From the human T2T-CHM13v2.0 reference genome, Homo sapiens: a stretch of DNA of 64,000 bases. The first letter of the stretch is position 1. Every line of letters starts with the position of its first letter. Where the stretch lies: NCBI RefSeq assembly GCF_009914755.1, contig NC_060938.1. One strand, written 5' to 3'. A program made the translations under genes and the position numbers. Below are positions 1 to 14,261 of the stretch, in pieces. The notes under the pieces were generated by a model. The model had not been told where the DNA came from. It was given only the letters and a program-made list of their open reading frames with translations, and made no database searches.

Positions 1-852
1 CCTCGAATTTAGGACTTTTCTAGTAACAACTTACACTCAAATGTAGTCTTTCTTATAAAGATTCTCCCCCTCTCTATTTTATTTGCTTTCCATTCATAAC
101 ACAGACATTACCATGAAAGTTTTCATTGGTTATCGATGGAGTTATTGAATGTGGTAATCAAACAACAGATTAAAACTGAGTCTCCATGAGGTGACCAGTG
201 CATGAAGGTTTCTTTTTTTCTGAAGAAATCTCACAGGAAGAATTAAATGCTACCTCTTACAAATCAGTCCTACTGATCTAGTGTGTGTCTGGACACACCA
301 GAGTCTTTGAGACACATCCTCACCAATAGTACTTTACCTTCTGGGTATGAATTGTGGGTCATGGTGCCTGTGCATAGCCTGTGGTCTGTAGAGAAGCCAT
401 ATTGATTAATACTTTTCATGCAAATTATTCAGAAGGTTGAGGGTTTTTTTTTTAATCCCCAAACCTCTAAAAACTCATTCTTTATTTTTCAAATTTGGTC
501 TTTTTAATTTCCTTCACAGCTAAGAGGATATGAGAGCCCCTTTGTTCTGGAGCTGCTGATTCTGGTATTCAAGGTGTTTGTTTGTTCCAAGGACTGCACT
601 TACGATTTTAAAGTGCCATAAATTCTTCGTACTAAGCTCCTATGGTCTTTATACCACCTTACCAGTTTAGATTATGTGATCTGAAGAATGAAAAAAAAGT
701 TTTTATGAGACTAGGTAGCTATTCGTATTATAAATATGAATTTATTAAATTTAACTGGCAAAAAGATCTATTATGAGTAAAGAAGGTGAAAATACAAGCT
801 TAAAATATTCAGGACTGAGAATAGAGCATTTAATTTCTGATTCTCTCTGTAG

Positions 853-1635
853 GTGGGGTGTGAAATAGAATGCTAGTGTTGCTGATGCCAGAATGGTGCC
901 TATTTTTACACTTCCGTAAGAGATGTGGGCAATGGAAAGGGATACTTATGGAAGTACAACAGGGTTTACGTAAAAGTTCATTAGGCTTCAGGAGGGTAGC
1001 ATTTGCCTTATGGAAGAGAGTGGGTCTCTTGATGCCCAAAATATATATGAGAAAGACAGCGAAGTGAAAAGGAGATGAGAATCCAGACACTCCATCAGCA
1101 GCCTTACTCTGTGACAGACCCAGAGGCAACTCCAAAGCCACGAGGGCAACTGCCTGTTCAGTTTGCCAAAGAGCCAGATGCTGTTGCTTGGAAGAATCTC
1201 TTCCACAGCTTGATGTCTGGGTCCTGTGATTGCCATCCAAAGAACAGTGGTGGGGCATGCTGGGATGAATGCAATCCCGGCATCCCACTACAGTGTTTTC
1301 TTTTTTAAAAAGAGTCATTTTAAATTAAACAAGTTTTAAAACTCACATATTATTTTCGAAAATGTAAAAAGGAAATTGGAGGATAATAGTACAAGGCAAG
1401 GCTGTCTATTTGAAAAAAAATCCTCTTGAAACTTAACTTTGCTTATGGGTCATTTTAAATTATCCCATGAGGAATGGGACATTTAGAAGAGACAAAAGAC
1501 CATCCACCATTCACAGTGATGACATAAAAATCACTACAATACAGAAGAATGGTGATACGAATAATACTTATTATGTTATTCACTATGATCATTTACAATA
1601 TTTATTTAAATAAAATAAAAGTAAGATATTCGATA
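853..1635 (+). other. Candidate alternative terminal exon (short coding stub plus 3' UTR) of an unidentified gene
   Basis: Acceptor ttctgattctctctgtag at 851-852; stops within 8 codons in all frames (frame 0 reads VGCEIEC*); tandem AATAAA at 1609-1619 followed by GT-rich tgtgttttgt (~1637-1646); repeat-free sequence. Confidence 0.35.
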
Positions 1636-2011
1636 CTGTGTTTTGTAATAGAATTTTGATTGTGAGTGCCACTGAACATATGCCTAAATAAAAAAGGCAG
1701 TAAGAAAAATTATTAGTGACATTTAAGGGGAAAAATCATGACTGCCTGAGTGTCTGATGAGTCACTGACATCTCTTCTTAAATATTATCAGTATTGTCAC
1801 ATGAAGCAACATCTCTCTTTTTCAAAATATGTGTTAATATTTGCTGTGTTGTAGCTAAGTGAATAATAGCTGCTGTATGTCTTTGAGTCACTCAGACTAC
1901 TTCAACAAATGAATGTCATTTGATCCTAGCATACAGCCAACACCTTTGCTCTTTCCGTGTAATCTTTTATTTTTTTTAATTATGGGATTTTTTTTCCCCT
2001 TATATTCCCAG

Positions 2012-2032
2012 ACTTTGTCTAATAGCCTAATG
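2012..2032 (+). CDS. Candidate 21-nt in-frame microexon (TLSNSLM), host gene unknown
   Basis: No AG between 1937 and 2009; polypyrimidine tract ending cccag; donor ATG|GTAAGT; length is a multiple of 3; only frame 0 is open. Confidence 0.5.
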
Positions 2033-2178
2033 GTAAGTGCCTGAGCACCATAGTAAATCTATAATTTCTTTAATCATTGTGATCAATGTGAATCATGGCA
2101 TGATTAATGTGGCCGGGGTAATAGGTAATGGTTAAACAGATAATCAAAATATTTGGATAGTGATAACTCACTATACAG

Positions 2179-2375
2179 CAGTGTTTCTCAACCAGCGACA
2201 ATTTTGTCCCCCCAGGGGACATTTGGCAATGTCTGGAGACGTTTTTAGTCATCACAACTCTTATCTACTGGGTAGAGACCAGGAATGCTGCTAAACATCC
2301 TGCACTACAGAGGACAGCACCCTACAACAGAAAATTGGCCCAAAGTGTTAATAGTTCCAAGGTTGAAAAATCCTG
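2179..2375 (+). mobile_element. MER20 (hAT-Charlie DNA transposon)
   Basis: cagtgtttctcaacc...ggggacatttggcaatgtctggagac...ggttgaaaaatcctg with terminal inverted repeats. Confidence 0.9.
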
Positions 2376-3147
2376 GTGTAGAGAATGGATAACACGTATA
2401 ATGATATTGACATTTTAAAAAGTTTGGTGACTACCAAAATATAGATAGCTCTGTAGTGTCGTTAATCTAGATGAAAAGAAAAAAAAATCAGTAACGAATA
2501 TTTTCAAATATCTTCACATTTGGGATCATATTGACAAAGTATAAAGGCATAATATTGTTGTCACTTTCTGTAAAATATATTTCTCATCCTCACTTCACTA
2601 AGCACATAGTTAGCTACGACTGGATGACATCAACAGCAGCTTGGGGATATCATGTTCCTATTTCATAAACAGAATAATAATTCAAGAGGAAAAATATATA
2701 AAAGAATTTTCAGTTTTTAAACTTTTTTTCAATTCCAAAATTTCTTTCCAAATAATTTGAAAAATGCATAAACTTATAAAGAGGAAAATGAAAGACATCT
2801 TTAATCCAGACATCTTAAGTTTTTAGTTTCTTGAAACTTAAACTTGTGTCTATGGACATTGATTTCTTAATATAGGACCAAATACTGTTCAGCAAAATAT
2901 TTTGTTATGGTTAAGTTTTCATGATATTAACTCCTTTGTCTAGCACATGTAAAGTGAAATTTATCGTTGTTTTCCTAATTGTTCTGTCCATACCAATTTG
3001 CCTCCTTTTTTCTGAGTGCAGATTTATTGGAATTTTTTCTTTCTTTTCTTTCTTTCTTTTGTAATGTATTCAGTTATATTAAGTGGAAGACATCTCCCCA
3101 TAGAGAAACGGGCTTGGACCTCATCTGCCTTATCTGTTTATATCTTG

Positions 3148-3263
3148 TAGGACTAGTATTCTCCAACACTATGTGTGACTTGTCTCCTAGTCATTTTTTA
3201 AGTCAGATGTTTAGAACTAGTATTCTCCAACACTATGTATGACTTGTGTACTAGTAATTTTTT
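3148..3263 (+). repeat. Imperfect ~52-bp direct duplication, period 64
   Basis: actagtattctccaacactatgt..gacttgt..ctagt occurs twice. Confidence 0.9.
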
Positions 3264-3580
3264 CTTAACTTGGGTGTTTATGCTGCAGAGCTAAAGTTGT
3301 TTAACAGGTAATAGTTTTGCCTCAGTTAAATCTATGGGTGAAGATACTGCCACTGGGCAAGACTAAGGTGGTAGTTACAATTTGGGCAGGGAGACAGGCA
3401 CAGAGCCCTTGTTAGGGAATGAAACCCAGAAAGAAGGGAGGGGAGAACTGCCAGAAGATACAGCAGGCTAATATGGACAAATTACAGAAGGAAAAAGGAC
3501 AAGTGGAAGATAATGCAATAATGCACAGCCTTTAAATAACACATTGAACAACAATGACTTTGCATTTAGCATTTGCGCAG

Positions 3581-3947
3581 TGCTATCATCCGAATGTTTG
3601 TGTCCCTCCAAAATTCATGTTAAAATCCTAACCCCTAAGGTGATGCTGTTACGAGATGGGGACTTTGGGAAGTGATTAGGTAATGAGGAAGGAGCCCTCG
3701 TGAATGGGATTAGTGTCCTTATAAAAGAGACCCCAGAGAGACCCTTACCCCTTCCATCTTGCTGTGAGGACACAGCAAGAAGGTGCCCTCTATAAACCAG
3801 AAAGCAGGCCATCACCAGTAAGGCAATCAGCAAATCTGCCTTGATTTTGCACTTCCCAGTCTTCAGAATGGTGAGCAATAAATTTCTGTTGTTTTAAAGA
3901 TACCCAGTTTCTGGTATTTTGTTATAGCAGCCCAAGTAGTCTAAGAA
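3581..3947 (+). mobile_element. MaLR solo LTR, MLT1A0-like
   Basis: gaatgtttgtgtccctccaaaattcat...gggattagtgtccttataaaagagacccc...aataaatttctgttg...gttatagcagccc. Confidence 0.9.
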
Positions 3948-4019
3948 GGGCAGATATATGACAAGACTTTTACTTTATTTGAGGCATTAATCTTTGGTTT
4001 CCTCCTCGGACCCATATTA

Positions 4020-4097
4020 TTAGGTTGATGCAAAAGTAGTTGCAGTTTTTGTCATTACTTTTAATGGCAAAAACTGCAATTTCTTTTGCACCAATAA
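4020..4097. mobile_element. MADE1 (Hsmar1-derived MITE)
   Basis: ~80-bp palindrome ttaggttgatgcaaaagtagttgc...gcaatttcttttgcaccaa. Confidence 0.92.
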
Positions 4098-4166
4098 CTC
4101 TTGTCAGGGAAGCAGAGAAAAAATTGGAAATGGTCCCACAATTTTCAGGGTTTATGTTTTCCAGGA

Positions 4167-4458
4167 TTTTTTTTTTAATAAGATACCATGTTTTCCAGGT
4201 TGGAATGCAATGGCTGTTCACAGGTGTGATCCCACTACCGATCAGCACTGGAGTTTTGGCCTGCTCCATTTTTGCTCTGAGCTGGTTCACCCCTCCTTGG
4301 GCAACCTGTTGGGTCTCTTGCTCTCAGGAGGTCACCATATTGATGCTGAACTTAGTGCGAACATCCGATTGCTGTAGCACAACTCCTGGGCTCAAGCCAT
4401 CCTCCCACCTCAGCTTCCCAAGTAGCTGGGACTACAGGTGCATGCCACCACATCTGGC
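4167..4458 (-). pseudogene. 7SL (SRP) RNA processed pseudogene, near full length including S domain
   Basis: Reverse complement contains 7SL S-domain sequence (cactaagttcagcatcaatatggtgacctcc, ggaggggtgaacc) between Alu-domain ends; T-tract at 4167-4176; degenerate TSD ttttccaggatttt/tttttcaggaattt. Confidence 0.93.
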
Positions 4459-4787
4459 TTTTTCAGGAATTTAAAACAGTGACTAGCTCTCAAGCTACCA
4501 CAAGTTCTGCCTTGGGCAGTTGACAATGCCAGTTTTATGGAAACCTCCCCACTGTATTCCTCCCTAACCTGCAGTATAAAACAAAAGCTTCACTGAACAG
4601 TTTCCAGAGCAGAACTTCTTTTCTTCTTCACAAAATAGGTCTCACCCTTGGGTAAATAATAGGTGGCACATGCAAACAGTTGTCTGGGGAAGCTGTTTAT
4701 TTGTTTGTTTTTATGTACTCTGAGCAACAGAATTTAGAAGCCAGCTCTCTTGTGTCCACCAAGTTCAGGCACATGAAAGGGAACATA

Positions 4788-4917
4788 GTGCTTGCTTTGG
4801 CAGCGTGTACACTAAAATTGGAACAACAGAGAGAAGATTAGTATAGCCCCTGCATGAGGATGACATGCAAATTTGTGGATCGTTCCACATTTTTTAAATT
4901 ACAAAAATAAAAAAAAA
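4788..4917 (+). pseudogene. U6 snRNA retropseudogene, full length, with A-rich tail
   Basis: gtgcttgctttggcagc...acagagagaagattag...cgttccacattttt matches U6 over ~107 nt; TSD gaaagggaacata (4775-4787) / gaaagagaacata (4918-4930). Confidence 0.95.
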
Positions 4918-5485
4918 GAAAGAGAACATAAGTAGGGATTTTTTAAAGGATTGCAAAAGGTTCGGTGAAGAGAAATGAAATATACCACAGAATGAATAAT
5001 ATGCTAGTTAGTAAAAAATATATGAGTGTTCAACTGAAGTATGGATCCTTTCCACAATAATGGACAGACAAACCCTTTTGTCCTTAAGACTACACAATCC
5101 TTTGTTCTGATTCTGTGGTCTTTCTCCTCATCAACTAGCTGATTATGGGTCTCTGCTGGGCCTCCTTTAGGTCCTGTTCATATCTAAAGTTGGCCTATGC
5201 CAACCCGGTCACTTCTTTGAATCAGGGCTGACTTAGGAATTACAGAAAAATCTTGGTCTATAGGTGTTACTTGAAGTTTGAAATTTAATGTCAAGTGTCT
5301 TCATCAACTTTATGTCTACAGGTCTAGACATTTCTGTTCCTATTATTATACAAATATCAGAGGTAGCTCCTCCTTTAATTCTGTAGTTGTCTGTAAATTC
5401 TTATGACTGCCAATTATAAAACTCATTTTATTTTGTTCTGCTGCTGTAGAGGAAGGGGTCTATATATCCACCCCAGTGTTGATAG

Positions 5486-5822
<337 letters not shown>

Positions 5823-6042
5823 TGGAGTTTTCTTTTTATTTCAGTCACTTACTTGTACATCCTTGGCTGAAGGATACTCTTTTTTCATATTCTTACATGC
5901 ACTTCCATTATTAACTAAAAAATTAACTAAAGAACCATGTGCTTCTTTACTGGTTTTTGTGTTTTATATGAGGACATTTGTATGTGGTTCGTATATACAA
6001 CACATTCTTCTCCCAAGAATGCCAAAAACAAAGAAAAGGAAA

Positions 6043-6102
6043 GGAAGGAAGGAAGGAAGGAAGGAAGGAAGGAAGGAAGGAAGGAAGGAAGGAAGGAAGG
6101 AA
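6043..6102 (+). repeat. (GGAA)15 microsatellite
   Basis: 15 uninterrupted GGAA units. Confidence 0.97.
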
Positions 6103-7023
6103 AAGAAAGAAAGAGAAACGTAACAGGCATGGCCGAAGAAGCACTCTAGCACTCTACTCTTGAGACTTGGGCTGAATACAGGGCCTACTTTGGTCACTGT
6201 TCTTTAAAACACAAAGGATGGAAACAACCGAAAGTGAAGAGAAGGAGCTATTATGATAGAAATGTTTTATGGGCATCTCTATGAGCATAGCACATCAAGG
6301 GCAGGTTTGTTAACCTTGAAGAAGAATGGCTAAAGAGATCATCTAATTAATGTCTTGAAAAGCGTGGATATTTTCTAGAAGAGGAATTTTTATAGTAGTT
6401 CTCCATGCCTTGAGAGATCCAAGATGATGAAAGAACTTAACATAGGAGCTGTTTCAGCAGAAACACACAGACTCACATCCCCAGCTTAGCTATCCTAGTG
6501 CTAAAACATGAGAATATGTTCATTGGTGGCCATTGTGGAATCTCTGTGTTTGGAGATCTCTGAGAAGAGATTTGTAAGTTTTGGTTAAATACCTTTGTGT
6601 ACACCTGCCTGAAGGTAATCAAATGACTCTTTAAGTTTCCTTCCAGTTCTTATTCTATGAAGCAAACACAATTTTACAATTATTTTTATTAATTGCTGAG
6701 CAAAATATTTATTGCCAACTAGTAAATCCTAGGAAAGCTGTCTCATCTTTTGAGGTTGTAAGAAGTTTATGTTGTGAAGATTTGCTAGCCTTGAAATTCT
6801 CCCTTATAAAAGCTCAGAGTCCCAGATTGCATCTGTGATAGATTGTTTTGTGATATTTGGGGGGATATACTTTAAAATCTTTTTTCTTGTTCTTTATAGT
6901 CTTAGCATTATTTATACTTTAAAAAAATGTTTATTTTATGCCATAGGTTATATTTTATCCTTCAGAGCCCAGCACAAACATTTAAAAAACTAAACTATTT
7001 ATTACATCTTGAATATTAGTTTT

Positions 7024-7096
7024 GACTGGGCGTGGTAGTGCAATGTAGCTGGGCAATGTGATGAAGACACCCAATGCAAAAAAAAAAAAAAAAAAA
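7024..7096 (+). mobile_element. Internally deleted Alu/7SL-derived mini-element with poly(A)
   Basis: Head gactgggcgtggtagtgc joined to 3' end ctgggcaatgtgatgaagacaccc plus A19. Confidence 0.55.
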
Positions 7097-7109
7097 GAGA
7101 CAGTTAATT

Positions 7110-7220
7110 TTATTATTTGAATTATCATACAGTAAAATGGACTTCTTTTGGTGTACTATTCTGTGAATATTTTAATGTACATATAGATTCATGTAACCAC
7201 CACTACAATCTGGATACACC
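7110..7220 (-). mobile_element. Old L1 (L1M) 3' end fragment
   Basis: catacagtaaaatg...tatagattcatgtaaccaccactacaatc. Confidence 0.6.
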
Positions 7221-7595
7221 GAACTCTTTTAACATAAGATACTCTCCATATTTTAATAGCTTTGTCACTGAAATCCATTGTCTAATATAACTGCTCAATG
7301 AGCAAAATACATAGTAGAATATATAATACTTACTACAAAATGTAAAGTAGTGTTATGTACAATAAAGTGCTTTACTGAAGATATTCTTAACAGATCCAAG
7401 TTGCTGAATCAGACCCATTGTGTTCAAATGAATTTTATGCAATTCCTTGTTATTGTAACAGCTGTCATTATTAACAGACAATAGCATATGCACATAAATG
7501 TATCAATATGAATATCAATTCTCCATAATTTTGAAGATTTAATAGTGTCTCATAAGGTTTTTTAGTTTTTAAAATCTAATTTAAACTATGACATG

Positions 7596-7665
7596 GATTT
7601 ACAATCAGACTATAACTTATAGAACTTTCTGATTTACAATCAGATTAAAACTTATAGTACTTTCA
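7596..7665 (+). repeat. 35-bp tandem duplication
   Basis: gatttacaatcagactataacttatagaactttct followed by a near-identical copy. Confidence 0.9.
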
Positions 7666-7734
7666 CTCAATTACTTCTTGTAGAATCTACCCTGATTATG
7701 TTTTGTTTTATTTTTTCTTTAAAAGTTGCTTAGA

Positions 7735-8040
<306 letters not shown>

Positions 8041-8155
8041 AAGTTGCTTAGAACAGATTGCAGAAAATATGACTTCCATCATAAGCCATCAAAACAAAGC
8101 AAACTCTTTGCAACACCAGATTTTTGTATCCTAAAAATATTACACTCAAGATTAA

Positions 8156-8563
<408 letters not shown>

Positions 8564-9850
8564 TAATACTATAGACAAGAGTCTTTTTGATACACCATTA
8601 TGAGTCAGATCTTTCAGCAGTGTCAAATTTGCCTACCTGTTTGTAGATATATAGCATGTTAATAATTTACTGTAAGCCAAGTTTGTATATATGCAGGTAA
8701 ATAATATAGGTAAGATAGCATTGATTTTTGGTTATGTTGTCTCTATAGATAGAAGAAAAGATAGGTTTGTAATTTTTAAGTAGCTAAGTTGAAAAAGTCA
8801 AGAATTTGTGCTCCAATAATTACAGTCAACACACTGAATCGTATTCTGTTAAACATGGCCGTTTCTTTCCACCTCTTCTTCAGAAAGGGGGTTTATTATA
8901 ATAATCGTAAACAGAATACGATTAAAAGTACCTGGAAATTTAGTACCTAGTGTCAGAGAAGGTACCACAATAGTCCAATGTAATGAGGTTGGATCGCGTG
9001 TATTCTTCCAATTTTAGTCATTTGCTTTCAAAGCTATTATTTCACCCTTACTGATAACCTCTCTTCAGTTTAAAAAAAAATTACCATTAACATTCACTCA
9101 CTTTTTGCAGGTTTTGAGCAGTTTTTTAATCCAACAAACTATTTTACCTTACACAATAGATGCGGTCTTAGCCAATAATCTTCATTGTTAATAACATTCA
9201 ATGGCTTTTTAACAATTATATGACATCCATTGTGTTCCATTTTCTTTCTATGTCAGTAATGCCCTGTAAAGCATTCCAACTAGTAAGGTACACAAGTATC
9301 GCTTTCATAAAGCTATGCTAGCTGTCTCTAATTCAATTACTTACCTCAAAGACTTCCTTCAATGCTGCAAATTTGTCCGGACACTTCCACATTTCTGATG
9401 TTCACAGGAGCTGTTTGCAGTTGCTTGGATTGTAAAATGTTTCTTTATCTATTTTCCCTTTTTTTATATACCATTTCACTTGTCATGAAGAAATAAATGG
9501 TTTCAGATTTTTTTGATTCCTAAAGGATGATCTAGAAGTTATAGTAGTTATAGTAGTTACATAGTATAGTAGTTTAAGTGTGAAGAAGAGCATCTTGGAG
9601 GAAAAATATCAGTATCTCTACCCATGAAGAAAGCCACAGTGTTAAAGTTCAAACTGTACCACCCATGCCACTGCTCATTGCTGCTCACCACTCTTCATCT
9701 CCTTATTTCTAAGAGGAAAGCTTATTTTGGATATTTGATTACTTACTTATTATGTCTAGAGGGTGGGCAGTGGGTGGTGCTGCTCAAATGAGTGTGATTC
9801 AAGGAGCAGACCTCCAAATACACTTGAAATGCAATAAAGATCAGAAACGA

Positions 9851-10556
<706 letters not shown>

Positions 10557-12070
10557 TAGAGAGGATTAAACCCCTCTACATTTTGCAGTGATTGCTAAAT
10601 TTATCTTTTGAAAACCCATTGGCTTTACCCCACAATTTCATCCTGGGAGAAAGTAGAAATAATGTTGAATACATTTTCAGAAGAGTCAGTATGTAGTTCT
10701 TTGCCACTAACTAATCACGAATCATTTCTCTTATAAAATAAAAATTTGAAGTTAGTTTGTGATAGTTTTTTTTGTCTTTCTCTCTGAATTTTTAGTTATG
10801 GAAACCATAGATGCAAAATCTCTCATAGGTTTAATACCGTGGTGACTGAAATGATTAAACATTTGGCTGAAATAATTTTGCCTTTTTTTCTTAATCCCTC
10901 AATGTTAATGGTTATAACTCTCAATCCACCTATACCACTGTTAGGATTTTGAATAGTAGGACCTTGGTATTCCCACCACAATCAACCTGCTATTGCTGTT
11001 CATTGACCTAGCAAACTACCAAACGGTTATTTCTTCATGGAATATTGGCTATAAATGCATTAGTTGCAATATTATTCTTGGTGAACAATCATAGTGATGC
11101 TAAAAGGGTACTAATCAGATAGTGGTACTGCTCAAACCAGTATGGTTCAAGGAGCATGTATTTTGTGGTCACAGGCCATCCTCTGACTCTGAAAGACAAG
11201 GCAGAAGAGCTTGAGGGTTGCTTAAGAAAGACCACTGAGGAAGGAAGACCAGGCTGCAGGTATCTGAGTTTACCTTCGAGAGGTGACAGCCTCTCGAAAG
11301 ATCACTGCTCAAGGAGTCATTTTACCTGTTCTCCAGGTTATCTATGTACACCTATCTTTTCATCTCCACTGCACAGAACTAACGTACTTCTTTTCTCACC
11401 CATATGTGATAGGCATGTGTCAGGTGGCACCTAGGATATTCAGTAGAACAGGGTGTAGATAAGCAGGTGAAAAAATTGAGACTTTCTCAAATGATTGACA
11501 GCTTATGTATGCATCAGATCTATTTAATTTTTACCCATTAGATTGAGATATGCAAAAACATGTCCAGAAAAAGGACTGAAAATAGCAGGGCAAAGTCTGG
11601 TATGACTGGGTCATCAGTAAAGAAACTCCATTTAAAAAAGTGAAAAGCAAAGAAGGAGAAAAATAGAAGTTTCATTTCAACTAACCCAATTTATTGGAGT
11701 CCAACTAATTTTTTCCCCAGAATAAGTGGGACTAAATATGTAAACTATTTTAATATAGGTTAATTAATATCATAAATACAGATTCAAGAAGAAACACTAT
11801 GAGAAAAAAAGAAATAGCACTATGTTTGGTTATGTATAGGTACTAGGTGAAGGTGAATCTTCTCGTTAGTTGAGGAACCATAGTGCATAGAGATTCTTTT
11901 TCTTCTGTGAATTATCCATTGTTAATTCAAGTATGGTAGTCCACCCATGGTTCTATTCCTTCCTTCAGCAAATGCTTATTAAGCTCCACAGTGAGCTAGA
12001 TGTTGTGGGGGCTATATGGAAGCATAACCCATGGGAATACATAGAAGCAAAATCCAAGTTGCTACCCTAG

Positions 12071-12580
12071 CAGTCAGGATCCTGGCACTCAAGGATGGTA
12101 ATTGATGGTGTACTCAAGCATGGCAGTTGAGGAGATAGTAATGAAGGGAGTATTGTTGGCAGGGTTAAGGGAAACCACAAGGGGTGGTGAAGCACATGAG
12201 ACTAACAACACTGGGGAGCCATTACCACCCATAAGCCTGAAGAGGTCAAGGAAAGGGCTGGGAACTGGAACCCAAGGCTAGCCGGAGCTGTGGTTGTGGC
12301 TGTAGCTGGAGGAAAGGGCCACCTGATGAATGCGGTGGCCTTCAGGAAATAAATGCTGACCCGGTGCATCCCAGCCTGGTGGGCACTGGGCAGCAAATGC
12401 TACACACCCTCTCCTCCCACCCACTGATTCCTGCTGGTGGCTTGCACTGTTTAAACTCAACCAAGAGCCAGAAAACAAGGGAACTCATTGACATAATTCA
12501 GAAGGTCGGTGTCCTGCTATACAGAGCAGGGTAGAGAAAGGTAGAAGATGGTTCTAGAGGGGCAAGTGGCATTTGCAGCA
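12071..12580 (-). mobile_element. LTR33-like ERVL solo LTR
   Basis: Reverse complement matches LTR33 motifs (tttccct..aaccctgcc, ggtggtaatggctcccc, ttgcccctctag). Confidence 0.75.
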
Positions 12581-12752
12581 TGCTGCCTTGAGACATACAT
12601 GGGAAAAACCATAGCCACAAAATAAAGCTGTGATACAAAAGATGTCACAAGATGACAGTGAGTGGTATAGACAATAGGTCCAGGTTAAGGATGTAATATA
12701 ACTTAGGGAAGATCCCTAGAAGAAAGGAATACTTTTTTGGGTTGGGCCTTTA

Positions 12753-13194
<442 letters not shown>

Positions 13195-13380
13195 CTAGTT
13201 TAGACAGGAAGAAAGTGAACTGTGCTCTTCCAAAGCAGTTCTGATGAATCCACAACAGGTGGTCACTAAATATTTGTTGACCAAATGAATAAGTAATTAA
13301 AATTAAGTACTAGAAATTTCTATGTTTTGAAACAGTGCATAAGATGACCGTTTATATTGATTTCCAAAATCTAATCATCA

Positions 13381-13651
<271 letters not shown>

Positions 13652-13897
13652 CTAATCATCATGCAGACCCACTGTGAAAGCAGGAACCTGGTCTACCTTG
13701 TTCTTAAGATAATCCCATCTCCCAGCACAGAGCCCAGCTCAGAGCTACAGCACCATCCTATATCTGTTGAATAAATGCTGGGATACATTAATAAATGAAT
13801 GCATACTTGAATGCATTTATCCTTTTACAGTCGGGTTTCTTGGGGTGGTAATCCCTCCCTACCCTTTTCAGGTATAGTTACTGTTAAGGTACATTAA

Positions 13898-14261
<364 letters not shown>

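Noticed and set aside
411-426. Octamer ATGCAAAT as a Sox-Oct composite site
   Set aside because: Adjacent bases do not match a Sox site; isolated octamers are common in AT-rich DNA
830-1318. 162-aa minus-strand ORF and overlapping ORFs
   Set aside because: No recognisable domain or supporting splice structure; the signals here point to a plus-strand UTR-like exon
4040-4474. 144-aa ORF
   Set aside because: Read-through of MADE1 and the antisense 7SL pseudogene
5863-6197. Stack of ORFs with RKEG/FLPS repeats
   Set aside because: Translation of the GGAA microsatellite
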